64,000 bases of DNA from Breznakiellaceae bacterium (GCA_964202565.1 CAXNJE010000001.1:315-64314); one strand, 5' to 3'. Shown: positions 19,246 through 28,565, counted from the stretch's first letter. A program made the numbers and translations. Notes: generated from the sequence alone by a model not told the origin.

Positions 19246-19692
19246 ATGAACCTCAAGACCGTTTTGACCCGCGACACCGTCAGTCTGCATCTGAAAGGTA
19301 CGAATAAAGAAGCCATAATCAATGAACTGTTGGATATACTGGTAAAAGCCGGCAAAGTCAAAGATAGGGACGCCGCCTTGGCGGGGATTCTCGATCGTGA
19401 ACGTAAGATGTCGACGGGGATGAAACATGGCATCGCCATACCGCATGGAAAAACCATTGCAGTCTCGGATCTGGTTGCCTGCATAGGCATTTCGGATACT
19501 CCGGTTGAATTCGATTCCCTCGATCATGAGCCCTGCCGGATTTTCATTATGACCCTGTCTCCGATCGACAAGACCGGACCACACCTGCAATTTCTTGCCG
19601 AGGTCAGCCTGCTTTTCAAGAGTTCCGAAAAAAGGGCAGAAATTCTTGCCGCTCCCAGTTCAGAAGCGGTTCTCAAGATTTTAACCGAATAA
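19246..19692 (+). CDS. ptsN: PTS EIIA(Ntr)-type regulatory protein
   Basis: EIIA type-2 fold signature with phosphorylatable His context GIAIPHGK. The N-terminus MNLKTVLTRDTV...KEAIINELL is typical of PtsN. Confidence 0.75.
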   Translation: MNLKTVLTRDTVSLHLKGTNKEAIINELLDILVKAGKVKDRDAALAGILDRERKMSTGMKHGIAIPHGKTIAVSDLVACIGISDTPVEFDSLDHEPCRIFIMTLSPIDKTGPHLQFLAEVSLLFKSSEKRAEILAAPSSEAVLKILTE

Positions 19693-19788
19693 ACGGACAA
19701 GTAGAACCGGATGCTGATGGCGTACATCTGCAAAGCTTGTAGTCATATTGCTTTATTGTCGGGTTACGTCGCTGTACGGTCAAACCCC

Positions 19789-19819
19789 AAAAAAAGCCGC
19801 CTTTTGTGGCGGCTTTTTT
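19789..19819. terminator. bidirectional intrinsic terminator between convergent genes
   Basis: AAAAAAA-GCCGCC-TTTTGT-GGCGGC-TTTTTT. Confidence 0.75.
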
Positions 19820-19841
19820 AGTTCAATGTATATCCATCCTG

Positions 19842-21002
19842 TCAGCGAAGTTTTTTCAGGGCTTCCGTCGCAAGAACCTTAACCGCATTCGTCCAATCGG
19901 TCAGCTCTACCTGTTGCAGGGCGATGCGGCCCTTGGTACTGCCTTGTGTGCCCAACGCGGGGATAATGGCGCGCACCATTCGTTCGTCTTCCTGCTTGAT
20001 ATCATTCGCACGACGTTTGGAGTTCATGTTGAGTAGGAAAGAAGCCAGAGCCTGTGCTGCCGCATCGCTCTTGTTCATGGATAAGGCAGTGATCGCCCCT
20101 AATTTCTCTTCCGCATCGATACCTTCCTTATAGCAACGCTCCAGAAGGGGAACGGCATCCGGTGTGGAGGATCCATATTTAACCATCATATCTATGGACA
20201 ATTTCCTGATCCGTGAAAGGATTACCCGTTCCTTCACATCATTGGTGGCCGATTTCCACGCTTCGCCCAAGCCAAGCAGGGCAACATCGGATTTTGCGGA
20301 GGCGGATGCCTTGGACTCATTCTCCTTCTGTAATCCGAGCAACTTGATTTCGTAGGTCCCGGATTTAATGATGGAGGAAATTGCATCTGAAGGGTCATCA
20401 ACTATATAAGGGAGAGCAGCTATGGCCTGATCCTTGACGCGACGGGAATACCAAGAGTTGGCTGCGAAGAAAACCGGGGAATAGCCGGAGAGATTGCGGT
20501 ATTTTTCCAAAGAAAGGATGGCTCCATAAGCTATCTTTTCACCTTTTTCCCTATCCGCCGCAGGATTTAGGTTCAAGTCTTCGAGTAATCTGACAATCAG
20601 CTCGAGATGAGCTTCGGACCGAATTCTTCCCAAGGCAATCAAGGCATCGGCTTTGACCAAGGGATTATCGAAAGCTTCCACCATGCGCCACAGATCATTG
20701 GCAGCTCCGGTGTATTTGCTTTCTCCCAGTAGATTGGTGAGCAAACGGGCCATTGCGTCGGCCGTTTCTTTTTCAGCGCTTGTCCGCATGCGTGGTTGTT
20801 CCAGCAATAACTGGGAAATGGCTTCGGCGTACAATTCACCCGTACCGTCGAGCTTGGCTTCCGCAACATTCCTGAGTACGCCAAGGCGTTCTGTGGCGTT
20901 GCCGGCTCCACGATACAGCCACGTATAGATATCGAGTTCTTCTGAAGCGAAGGTAATGGATGCGAAGAGCGTCAGGATTCCTGCAAGTATGATGCGTTTC
21001 AT
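19842..21002 (-). CDS. secreted alpha-helical repeat (HEAT/ARM-like) protein
   Basis: The ATG at 21002 gives a signal peptide (MKRIILAGILTLFASITFASEE), preceded by GGTGGGGG. Helical repeat character judged by eye only. Confidence 0.55.
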   Translation of the reverse strand: MKRIILAGILTLFASITFASEELDIYTWLYRGAGNATERLGVLRNVAEAKLDGTGELYAEAISQLLLEQPRMRTSAEKETADAMARLLTNLLGESKYTGAANDLWRMVEAFDNPLVKADALIALGRIRSEAHLELIVRLLEDLNLNPAADREKGEKIAYGAILSLEKYRNLSGYSPVFFAANSWYSRRVKDQAIAALPYIVDDPSDAISSIIKSGTYEIKLLGLQKENESKASASAKSDVALLGLGEAWKSATNDVKERVILSRIRKLSIDMMVKYGSSTPDAVPLLERCYKEGIDAEEKLGAITALSMNKSDAAAQALASFLLNMNSKRRANDIKQEDERMVRAIIPALGTQGSTKGRIALQQVELTDWTNAVKVLATEALKKLR

Positions 21003-21015
21003 TGTTTCCCCCACC

Positions 21016-21993
21016 TTAATCCTGGATGGTCCGTTGTTCTTCACGAACCGTATATTCAAATGTGGTGGTAAGTTTCGACTTTCCCGCCAAGTCTTCAAAA
21101 ATTTTCCTGATCACTTCTCCATCCGGGCCGTATTCATAAGCAATTTTTTGTTGGACGACACCCCCCGCTGTCCTGCGTTCTTCGGATATGACGATTCCGT
21201 CCTTCCAGATGCTCGCTTCCACTCGCATCAGGCTTCCATCGGCTTTGTGGAATTTCTGTGCCTCGAGCCGGCCTTCTGCCGAGTACTCGTACACGCTGCC
21301 TCCGGTTTTCTTGCCGGTGCCATCACGCATCTCGGACTTGCGTATTTTTCCGTCCTTGTAATCGTATAGCGTCTCGGCGACGGTGGACTCGCGACTATCC
21401 TTCACAATCCATTTTACTTTGAACCCGGCTTCATATTCGTAGGCAAAGGAACTGAGGCGCTTGCCCGCACCGTCATCCAGTGTTTCCATAACCAGTTCCC
21501 CGGTTGGGGTGTACTGGTATGAACGCTTTGAGACGAGTTTCCCTTCAGCATCTTTCTGGGTTTTGGTAACCAGACGGCCAGCGGCATAGGTAAATTCAGT
21601 TTTCTCGACCATGCTACCCGAAGCGGTATAGCGGGTTTGCGAGACCAGGGAACCAGCGGCATCCCGTTCCGAGATGGTGTATTCGTCCAATGAACCATCG
21701 GAAAACCAGATGCTGGATTTGCGCTCCATGGGGATTCTTACGGTAATAATCCGGGGTTCCACTTTAACGGGTTCCACTTTAACGGGTTCCACTTTAACGG
21801 GTTCCACCGGGGCTGCCGGCTCTTCTTTCGGTGCTGCCTCAGCTGTCGGAATAGGAGCCGGTTCGGCTTTTTTTTCGGAAACCGTGGCGGGTGAAGGCTC
21901 TGTTACGGGTTTTTCCATAGGAGCGCTTGCGCAGGACACGATAAGGGAGACGCTGAGCGCGATACCTATTGCGGTATAATATGATTTCTTCAT
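21016..21993 (-). CDS. lipoprotein with a VEPVK tandem repeat and YD-like repeats
   Basis: The ATG at 21993 is preceded by AGGAGG. Signal peptide with lipobox (...SLIVSC). Repeated x-Y-x-Y/T-x-x-G-x-L modules (FTYAAGRLV, YQYTPTGELV, YEYSAEGRLE, YEYGPDGEVI). Confidence 0.6.
   Translation of the reverse strand: MKKSYYTAIGIALSVSLIVSCASAPMEKPVTEPSPATVSEKKAEPAPIPTAEAAPKEEPAAPVEPVKVEPVKVEPVKVEPRIITVRIPMERKSSIWFSDGSLDEYTISERDAAGSLVSQTRYTASGSMVEKTEFTYAAGRLVTKTQKDAEGKLVSKRSYQYTPTGELVMETLDDGAGKRLSSFAYEYEAGFKVKWIVKDSRESTVAETLYDYKDGKIRKSEMRDGTGKKTGGSVYEYSAEGRLEAQKFHKADGSLMRVEASIWKDGIVISEERRTAGGVVQQKIAYEYGPDGEVIRKIFEDLAGKSKLTTTFEYTVREEQRTIQD
21756..21807. repeat. perfect 15-bp tandem repeat, ~3.5 copies, inside the lipoprotein gene
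   Basis: GTTCCACTTTAACGG occurs three times plus a partial copy. It encodes (VEPVK)n on the minus strand. Confidence 0.9.
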
Positions 21994-22095
21994 TGGGGGA
22001 ATACCTCCTATGCGGATTTTGACGATTATGGTGGATCGACGAGGCTTTTTCAAGGACATGTTGCGATTGTACCCAGAAAAGCTTTTGGATTCGCA

Positions 22096-22124
22096 TGGAC
22101 AATCAGGCATCCCCAAGTTATCCT
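22096..22124 (+). promoter_or_regulatory. candidate promoter of the TetR gene, leaderless geometry
   Basis: TGGACA-17 nt-TATCCT, with the ATG at 22131 lying 6 nt after the -10 hexamer. Confidence 0.4.
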
Positions 22125-22130
22125 GAAGGT

Positions 22131-22718
22131 ATGGCCCGTCCTCAAGATGAAAAAAGACGCGAAGTGATACTTAAAGTCTCAAAACGCTTGTTCGCTGAAA
22201 AAGGCTACGCCTCCGCCACCATAAGCGATATCGTCAGGGAGAGCGGTTACCCGGTAGGTTCGATCTACACGTATTTTGAGAATAAGGAAGCAATTATCCG
22301 TTCCATCATTGAGGATGGATGGCATGATTTTTCACTTGAATTGAATGCGGACCTTGTCGCGGAGCAGTCCGGGAAGAAACGATTGGACCTCCTGATATCC
22401 CGCTTTCTGCTGCGCCTGCTGGATGATGGCGAATTCGTAAGCATACTGCTTACTGAGGGCCTTCAATATGTGCAGGTACAATCTAAAATGGATGTGCTAT
22501 CCGGGATGATTTCAGAAGCCGTGGTGGATGCGGAGAAACACGGAAGCGGTACCTATCTGGATTTCACCCCCAAAGCCTTGGATGCGGGGTTGATGATTTT
22601 CTTTCTTGGCGCTTTGGAGGCTTCCAGGGTGTCCAGAAAGTTGGGATTGGGCATGACCAACGCGGACATCGTTGATTTTCTGCGCCAACTGGTTCATTCC
22701 TCTTTTCCTGAAAGTTAA
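22131..22718 (+). CDS. TetR/AcrR-family transcriptional regulator
   Basis: N-terminal HTH LFAEKGYASATISDIVRESGYPVGSIYTYFENKE. Start at the ATG at 22131 (MARPQDEKRR). Confidence 0.8.
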   Translation: MARPQDEKRREVILKVSKRLFAEKGYASATISDIVRESGYPVGSIYTYFENKEAIIRSIIEDGWHDFSLELNADLVAEQSGKKRLDLLISRFLLRLLDDGEFVSILLTEGLQYVQVQSKMDVLSGMISEAVVDAEKHGSGTYLDFTPKALDAGLMIFFLGALEASRVSRKLGLGMTNADIVDFLRQLVHSSFPES

Positions 22719-22759
22719 GGTACTGCAGTTGACAACATCGTGTTGGGGGTTGGTTCGGC

Positions 22760-24625
22760 ATGAAGGTTGATGGTGGGTTTTTTGTCGATGACGAAGGTCG
22801 GCGGCTTTTGTTGAGGGGCTGCAACCTGGGAGCCAATTCCAAGCTTCCTGTGACACCGGATGGAGCCAGCCGAAATTCTGCCGGACTTGATACCAGCACC
22901 GCCATTTCCTTTGTGGGCAGGCCTTTCCCGCTCGAGAAGGCGGACGAACATTTTAGCAGGCTTGTCTCGTGGGGTTTTACCTTTCTCCGCTTCGTGATTA
23001 CCTGGGAAGCGTTGGAACACAGTGGACCCGGTATCTATGACGAAGCCTACCTGGCGTATGTGCGTAAAATTCTCAAGAAGGCTGAGGAATACGGCATCTC
23101 CGTCCTCATGGATCCCCATCAGGATGTTTGGTGCCGATGGACCGGGGGCGATGGGGCTCCCTCCTGGACCCTCGAGAAGCTGGGTATGGATCTTTCCAAG
23201 TTGGGAGCCACAGGTGCCGCCCTGACCCACCAGGAATTGGGGGCCTCCTATCCAAGCATGTTATGGCCTTCCAATTATAGCCGATATGCCGCTGCGACCA
23301 TGTTCACCCTCTTTTTTGCGGGAAATGATTTTGCACCGGAGACGCTGATTGAAGGAGGGAGTGCCCAGGATTGGTTACAGGCTACATATATTGCGGCGAT
23401 GAGGCATGCCTACAGGAGATTGAAGGATTGCCGCGCCATTATCGGCTGGGGTGCCATGAACGAGCCGGATGCCGGTTTCGTGGGTTACCAGGATGTGTCG
23501 AAATTGGAAAACTGCGCCCTTGCCCTTGGGCCGATGCCTTCTGCCTTTCAGGCGATGGCCGCAGCGGGGGGGTATCCCCAGCGGGTCCCAAATTATTCGA
23601 TGGATCTACGGGGTTTCCATAATGAAGGAGAAAGCACCCTGAATCCCGCTGGGGTTCGTCTATATCGTGAGGGGTTCGAGTGCCCCTGGAAGCAGGCTGG
23701 CGTCTGGACCGATAAAAACGGGGAAGCCAGGATCCTGAAAAAGGATCACTTCGCCTTTCGTCCCGATGGGAGTCCGGCTGATTTTGTCCACTCTTACCTG
23801 AAACCCTTCTTAAAGCGTTTTGCCGCGACCCTGCGCGAAGTAAGACCCGATTCTATCCTTTTCATCGAGAGCCTGCCCCATGGCGACCACCCGGATTGGA
23901 CTCCGGAAGAGGCTGGCAATACGGTGAATGCCTTCCATTGGTACGATGGCATGCCGCTTGTCCTGAAGCGCTTCATGCCTTTTTTCTCTGTCCGCACCGA
24001 TACCCGCAAGCCTGTATTCGGTCAGGCTGCGGTGAAAAAGAGTTTTTCCACCCAACTGGCCGACAGTGTTCGGTGGACAAAAGAAAGCATGGCGGGTATA
24101 CCCTGTGTATTGGGTGAATTCGGCCTGCCTTTTGACCTGCATGGAAAAAAAGCCTATGCCAGCGGTGATTATCGCCTGCATGAAACAGCCTTGTCCATGT
24201 ATTACGATGCGGTGGATGCCAATCTATTAAGCAGCACCATCTGGAATTACAACCCTGACAATACCCACATTTACGGAGATGATTGGAATGGCGAAGACCT
24301 TTCGATTTGGTCCAAGGATGGCGGTGCGAGGGCTATCGATGGGTGGAGAAGGCCCTATCCCATCGCGATTGCAGGAGAACCGCTTTCCATATGCTGGCAA
24401 CGGAAAACCCGCCGCTTCGAATTCCGTTTCCGCCCGGATCCGCTCGTTCAGGCCCCAACGAAACTATATCTCCCCGAGGAATGCTTCGGTGGAAAGTACC
24501 GGATCGAAGTCAGCTCGATCGGTTCCGCCTGCGCGTATACCATTGAAAAGGTAAAATATGGTGTCGTGCTTCTTGATCTTGGAAGCTCTGCAGGAGAGGT
24601 CCTGATCAGGGTTACTTCAGACTGA
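22760..24625 (+). CDS. glycoside hydrolase family 5 protein (endoglycoceramidase / beta-glycosidase-like)
   Basis: GH5 acid/base motif GAMNEP and nucleophile context VLGEFG. The N-terminal LRGCNLG...FLRFVITWEALE is typical of this GH5 clade. Confidence 0.75.
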   Translation: MKVDGGFFVDDEGRRLLLRGCNLGANSKLPVTPDGASRNSAGLDTSTAISFVGRPFPLEKADEHFSRLVSWGFTFLRFVITWEALEHSGPGIYDEAYLAYVRKILKKAEEYGISVLMDPHQDVWCRWTGGDGAPSWTLEKLGMDLSKLGATGAALTHQELGASYPSMLWPSNYSRYAAATMFTLFFAGNDFAPETLIEGGSAQDWLQATYIAAMRHAYRRLKDCRAIIGWGAMNEPDAGFVGYQDVSKLENCALALGPMPSAFQAMAAAGGYPQRVPNYSMDLRGFHNEGESTLNPAGVRLYREGFECPWKQAGVWTDKNGEARILKKDHFAFRPDGSPADFVHSYLKPFLKRFAATLREVRPDSILFIESLPHGDHPDWTPEEAGNTVNAFHWYDGMPLVLKRFMPFFSVRTDTRKPVFGQAAVKKSFSTQLADSVRWTKESMAGIPCVLGEFGLPFDLHGKKAYASGDYRLHETALSMYYDAVDANLLSSTIWNYNPDNTHIYGDDWNGEDLSIWSKDGGARAIDGWRRPYPIAIAGEPLSICWQRKTRRFEFRFRPDPLVQAPTKLYLPEECFGGKYRIEVSSIGSACAYTIEKVKYGVVLLDLGSSAGEVLIRVTSD

Positions 24626-24653
24626 TCTGAAACCTGTGGTTGAGGCCGGTGAG

Positions 24654-25436
24654 TCAACGTCGGTAGGCGTTCAGGATGGGGAAGCGTGCTTTGGCCGCCT
24701 GCGCTGTGGAGAATCCACGCGTCGCATCCGGTCTGATCTCGCCGTTCGCCAGTATCTGCCAACGAATCGCAAATTCCTGTTCGAAAAGGCTGTCGAGTCC
24801 GTTCTTGAAATCCAGGATACGGGAAGCATAATCCAGGGTTTTCTTGGGAGTACCCCCGGTACTTACCCTGGTTGTTCCCGCGTTATACATGGCCAGCGCG
24901 GAAACGTCAGTACCTGCAAGATCCAGGCACCAGCGTAGGTGCGCGGTTCCAAGTCGTGTATTTTCCCCTATATCGAAGAAATCGGATTCCTTCAATTTGG
25001 GGAAGGATTTGGAATTGAGCTGGAAAAGCCCACGGTCCACGCTACCCTTGTTCTTGTTCAGTGCCAGGTGATCGAAACGGCTTTCTTCCCATACGAGGGC
25101 AGTTACCAGACTTGGCGGCAAGTCGTATTCATCTGACTGCCTGAGGATGGCCCGTGCGATTTCTTCGGAATGGGTGATGGCGGTAAAAAAGGCGATGACT
25201 TCCGCTTGCGAAGTCTTGCCACGGTAAAAAACAAGTACCGGATCTATCTGACGGCGGGCTTCAAGGACAGCATCGCGGTACTCATCGGGGTGCAGGGCGG
25301 TCCAGGACTCTTGCTCCAGCCTGGCTCCGTCGGCAGCCGGGGCGGCATTCACGACCGTCAAGGCCGACAGAAGCAGGATAGGCATCCATGCAAGGACACG
25401 GAACGTATGGGCACCTATTCGTATATATCTATTCAA
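24654..25436 (-). CDS. lytic transglycosylase (SLT domain) with signal peptide
   Basis: SLT motifs VWEESRFD, GLFQLN and AMYNAG. N-terminal hydrophobic signal. Confidence 0.75.
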   Translation of the reverse strand: MNRYIRIGAHTFRVLAWMPILLLSALTVVNAAPAADGARLEQESWTALHPDEYRDAVLEARRQIDPVLVFYRGKTSQAEVIAFFTAITHSEEIARAILRQSDEYDLPPSLVTALVWEESRFDHLALNKNKGSVDRGLFQLNSKSFPKLKESDFFDIGENTRLGTAHLRWCLDLAGTDVSALAMYNAGTTRVSTGGTPKKTLDYASRILDFKNGLDSLFEQEFAIRWQILANGEIRPDATRGFSTAQAAKARFPILNAYRR

Positions 25437-25548
25437 ACGCGTAATACTCCACTATACAGGTTTACGCTTCTTTAGCGTTTGTTGCCTAAACTTGATGAAG
25501 TCCGCATTGTATAGATGGACCGGTATTGTTTCAAGGGTGCTTTTTCCC

Positions 25549-26721
25549 TCAAGCGCGTGCAACGGTCCTGACCCTGATGATGCCATCCACTGCGCTTATC
25601 CTGTTAAGGACTTCGTCCGGTATCGCCTGCTCGGTATCGATCATGTTGTATGCGTATCCATCGCGGTGGTGGTTTATCATGTCGGTAATGTTGATGCTCG
25701 CACCGGCGAGGATTGTGGTTATCTGCCCAACCATGTTGGGAATATTCCGGTTCGCTACCAACAACCTGCAGGGAGAACGGAGTTCGAGTCGGCATTCGGG
25801 ATAATTGACCGAATGTTTGATGTTGCCCGATTCCAGATAATCCATCAATTGGCGTACCGCCATGACCGCGCAGTTGTCCTCTGCTTCCGGCGTCGACGCT
25901 CCCAGATGGGGGACGCAAATGGCGTGTTCGCAGGCGAGCAGTTCCGCGCTGGGGAAGTCGGTAACGTAGGCGGCAACGCGGCTATCGTTCAGGGCCCTGA
26001 TCATGTCCGCTTCGTTCACCAGGCCTCCCCGCGCAAGATTCACGACGCGGACGCCTTTTTTCATGAGATTGAATTTTTTCGAGTCCAGCAAGCCCTTTGT
26101 TCCCTCCACGAGTGGGACGTGGAGAGTCACATAGTCTGCTTTCATCAGGAGTCCGTCCAGCGAATCGGCGCGTTTGACCGCCCGGGAAAGATTCCAGGCG
26201 GCTTCCACCGAGATGAAGGGGTCAAAACCAATAACCTCCATCCCCAGGGAAATCGCGTCGTTCGCCACCATGACCCCGATGGCGCCCAAACCGATTACAC
26301 CAAGGGTTTTCCCCTTGATCTCGGGTCCTTCAAATCTGGACTTGCCCTTCTCGACGAGTTCCGGAACCTCGTCTGCCTTGTCTGCGATGGTTTTTGCCCA
26401 TTCGATGCCGCCAAGTATGTTCCGGGAGGACAGTAGAAGGGATGCCATAGCCAATTCCTTGACCGCATTGGCATTGCCGCCGGGTGTATTCAGGACGACA
26501 ATGCCGCGGTCAGTACATTGCGGTATGGGTATATTGTTGACTCCGGCTCCCGCGCGCGCGATCACCTTGACCGATTCCGGTATTTCCATCTCGTGAAGGT
26601 CGGCACTCCGGACCAGCAGGGCGTCCGGATTCGGAATCTCGCCGGCTACTTCATACGCCGAGCGGGAAAAAAGTTCGAGGCCGACTGGTGAAATCTTGTT
26701 GAGGGTGCGCACGCGGAACAT
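25549..26721 (-). CDS. serA: D-3-phosphoglycerate dehydrogenase
   Basis: 2-hydroxyacid dehydrogenase NAD motif GVIGLGAIG, and a C-terminal ACT-like region. Directly downstream of serC. Confidence 0.85.
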   Translation of the reverse strand: MFRVRTLNKISPVGLELFSRSAYEVAGEIPNPDALLVRSADLHEMEIPESVKVIARAGAGVNNIPIPQCTDRGIVVLNTPGGNANAVKELAMASLLLSSRNILGGIEWAKTIADKADEVPELVEKGKSRFEGPEIKGKTLGVIGLGAIGVMVANDAISLGMEVIGFDPFISVEAAWNLSRAVKRADSLDGLLMKADYVTLHVPLVEGTKGLLDSKKFNLMKKGVRVVNLARGGLVNEADMIRALNDSRVAAYVTDFPSAELLACEHAICVPHLGASTPEAEDNCAVMAVRQLMDYLESGNIKHSVNYPECRLELRSPCRLLVANRNIPNMVGQITTILAGASINITDMINHHRDGYAYNMIDTEQAIPDEVLNRISAVDGIIRVRTVARA

Positions 26722-26724
26722 ATA

Positions 26725-27819
26725 TCACTTCCCGTTTATGGCTTCGAAACGCTTCATGAAATCCACCAAGGCCACGACACCGTCGCGGGGCATGGCGTTG
26801 TACACGCTGGCGCGCATCCCGCCCACAAGCCGGTGTCCGGCCAGGTTGATCAGATCAGCGGCAGCCGCTTCCTTAATAAAGCGTGTTTCCAGGTCCGCAT
26901 CGCCAATGACGAAGGGAATGTTCATGAGGCTCTGGAATTTTTTATCCACCGGGGAACGGAACATCTTGGAAGAATTCAGGTAATCGTACAGGATCGCGGC
27001 CTTTTCCCTGTTACGCTCACCCATGGCTTTGACGCCGCCACTCTGCTTCATCCATTCCAGCACCAGGCCGACTATATAGATGGAATAGCAGGGGGGGGTG
27101 TTGTACATCGATCCCTCTTTGGAATGGGTATCGTAGCGGAGCATGGTGGGGGTGGATGCGGGGATGTTTTTAATAAGGTCTTCCCGGATAACGACTACCG
27201 TTACGCCCGCGGGGCCAAGGTTCTTCTGGGCACCGGCATACAGAAGCCCGAAACGCGACACGTCCAGCGGTTCGGAAAGGATATTGCTGGAAATATCGGC
27301 AACCAACGGCACGGAACCGGTATCAGGAAGGTCTGCCCATTTGGTGCCGACTATGGTGTTGTTCAGGGTGATATGGTAATACGCGTCTTTCGGGTCCGCC
27401 TTGGGAGCCGCAGGTATGTAGGCGTAGGCGCGGTCCTTGGAAGAGGCCACAACTTTGGCGTCCATGTATTTTGATGCTTCCTCTACCGCTTTTCCGGCCC
27501 AGACGCCGGTGTCCACGAAAGAAGCCTGCCTTCTGGCACCGGATGCATCCGGCGCGCCCAGATTGAGGGGGATCATCGAAAACTGGAGGGAGGCGCCACC
27601 CTGGAGGAAGAGCACCTTATAGTTGGAGGGGATGCCCATCACTTCCCGCAGAAGGGCTTCCGCGCCTTCTATTATGGGCTTGTAGTCCTTGGACCGGTGG
27701 CTCATCTCCATCACCGATTGGCCGCATCCGTGATAATCGGTCATCTCGGCGGCTGCACGTTCCAGGACAGGAAGCGGCAACATCGAAGGTCCTGCTGAAA
27801 AATTGTAGACTCGGTTCAT
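26725..27819 (-). CDS. serC: phosphoserine aminotransferase
   Basis: 364 aa with the typical SerC N-terminus NFSAGPSMLP...MEMSHRSK and class-V aminotransferase features. Confidence 0.9.
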   Translation of the reverse strand: MNRVYNFSAGPSMLPLPVLERAAAEMTDYHGCGQSVMEMSHRSKDYKPIIEGAEALLREVMGIPSNYKVLFLQGGASLQFSMIPLNLGAPDASGARRQASFVDTGVWAGKAVEEASKYMDAKVVASSKDRAYAYIPAAPKADPKDAYYHITLNNTIVGTKWADLPDTGSVPLVADISSNILSEPLDVSRFGLLYAGAQKNLGPAGVTVVVIREDLIKNIPASTPTMLRYDTHSKEGSMYNTPPCYSIYIVGLVLEWMKQSGGVKAMGERNREKAAILYDYLNSSKMFRSPVDKKFQSLMNIPFVIGDADLETRFIKEAAAADLINLAGHRLVGGMRASVYNAMPRDGVVALVDFMKRFEAINGK

Positions 27820-27861
27820 CTGTAGCTCCTTTTTATGTCCCCATCGTTGCGGGTTTGACTT

Positions 27862-28449
27862 TCACTTCTGACTCTCAACGGATGATAGTTTCGCCGCCAG
27901 CGCCCTCAGATCGTCCACCACGTACACATCCTGGACGGAAATTCCTGCCGGTACGACAAGCGCCGTTGGGGCGAAGTTGACTATACCCTTGATCCGCGCG
28001 TTGATCAACTTTTCCGCAGCGGCTTGGGCTGCGTTGGCCGGTACGCACAATAAGGCTATTTCAATGCCGAAACGCCCCACCACCTCTGAAAGTTTGTAGT
28101 TGGGGTACAGGGGTACGGTGGAACTGAGAATTTCCACCCTGTTGACACTGGAGTCGAAGCCGGCTACCAGGTCAAATCCCTCCTCCACAAACCCGGAAAA
28201 GTTAAGAAGCGCTGATCCGAGCCTGCCGAGTCCGACGATGCAGCATTTCCTTCTGCGGTCCAAACCTAAAGCCGTTTCGATGGCTTTGAGTAGGGGTGCG
28301 ATGCCATAACCCGCCCCTGAAGAGAAATCCCCGCCCAGATAGGAGATGTCCCTGCGGATGGTATGGCTTGAACAACCTGTCACGTTTTCCAGTTCCGCTG
28401 AGGTCATGGTTTCAGCTGTGGAATTACCCAGGATGCGAGTCAGATTCAA
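27862..28449 (-). CDS. rex: redox-sensing transcriptional repressor Rex
   Basis: wHTH segment SAELENVTGCSSHTIRRDISYLG and Rossmann motif IVGLGRLGSAL. C-terminal NFAP...VP...V pattern. TTG start. A perfect Rex box lies upstream. Confidence 0.8.
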   Translation of the reverse strand: MNLTRILGNSTAETMTSAELENVTGCSSHTIRRDISYLGGDFSSGAGYGIAPLLKAIETALGLDRRRKCCIVGLGRLGSALLNFSGFVEEGFDLVAGFDSSVNRVEILSSTVPLYPNYKLSEVVGRFGIEIALLCVPANAAQAAAEKLINARIKGIVNFAPTALVVPAGISVQDVYVVDDLRALAAKLSSVESQK

Positions 28450-28495
28450 AAGCCTTTCTACGGTGGGTTCCGGGAATACTACAATGGCAGCCGCT

Positions 28496-28517
28496 CCCTG
28501 TGAAATATTTCACAGGG
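28496..28517. promoter_or_regulatory. Rex operator (perfect 22-bp palindrome)
   Basis: CCCTGTGAAATATTTCACAGGG contains the Rex consensus core TGTGAA-N6-TTCACA. It abuts the candidate rex -10 element. Confidence 0.65.
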
Positions 28518-28547
28518 AGAATATTCCAATATCAGGGAAGCTGTCAA
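28518..28547 (-). promoter_or_regulatory. candidate rex promoter
   Basis: On the minus strand: TTGACA-18 nt-TATTCT (or 16 nt to AATATT). The Rex box starts immediately downstream. Confidence 0.45.
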
Positions 28548-28565
28548 TGTCTCCTGATGGTGCCG

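Noticed and set aside
22077-22086. AAAAGCTTTT palindrome as a possible TetR operator.
   Set aside because: It is only a 10-bp A/T palindrome (it contains a HindIII site) with non-complementary flanks. That is too weak to call.
28496-28517. The palindrome read as a LexA/SOS box, given lexA downstream in the hprK string.
   Set aside because: It reads CTG-N12-CAG rather than CTGT-N8-ACAG, and it is not a GAAC-N4-GTTC type. It matches the Rex consensus exactly and is positioned on the rex promoter.
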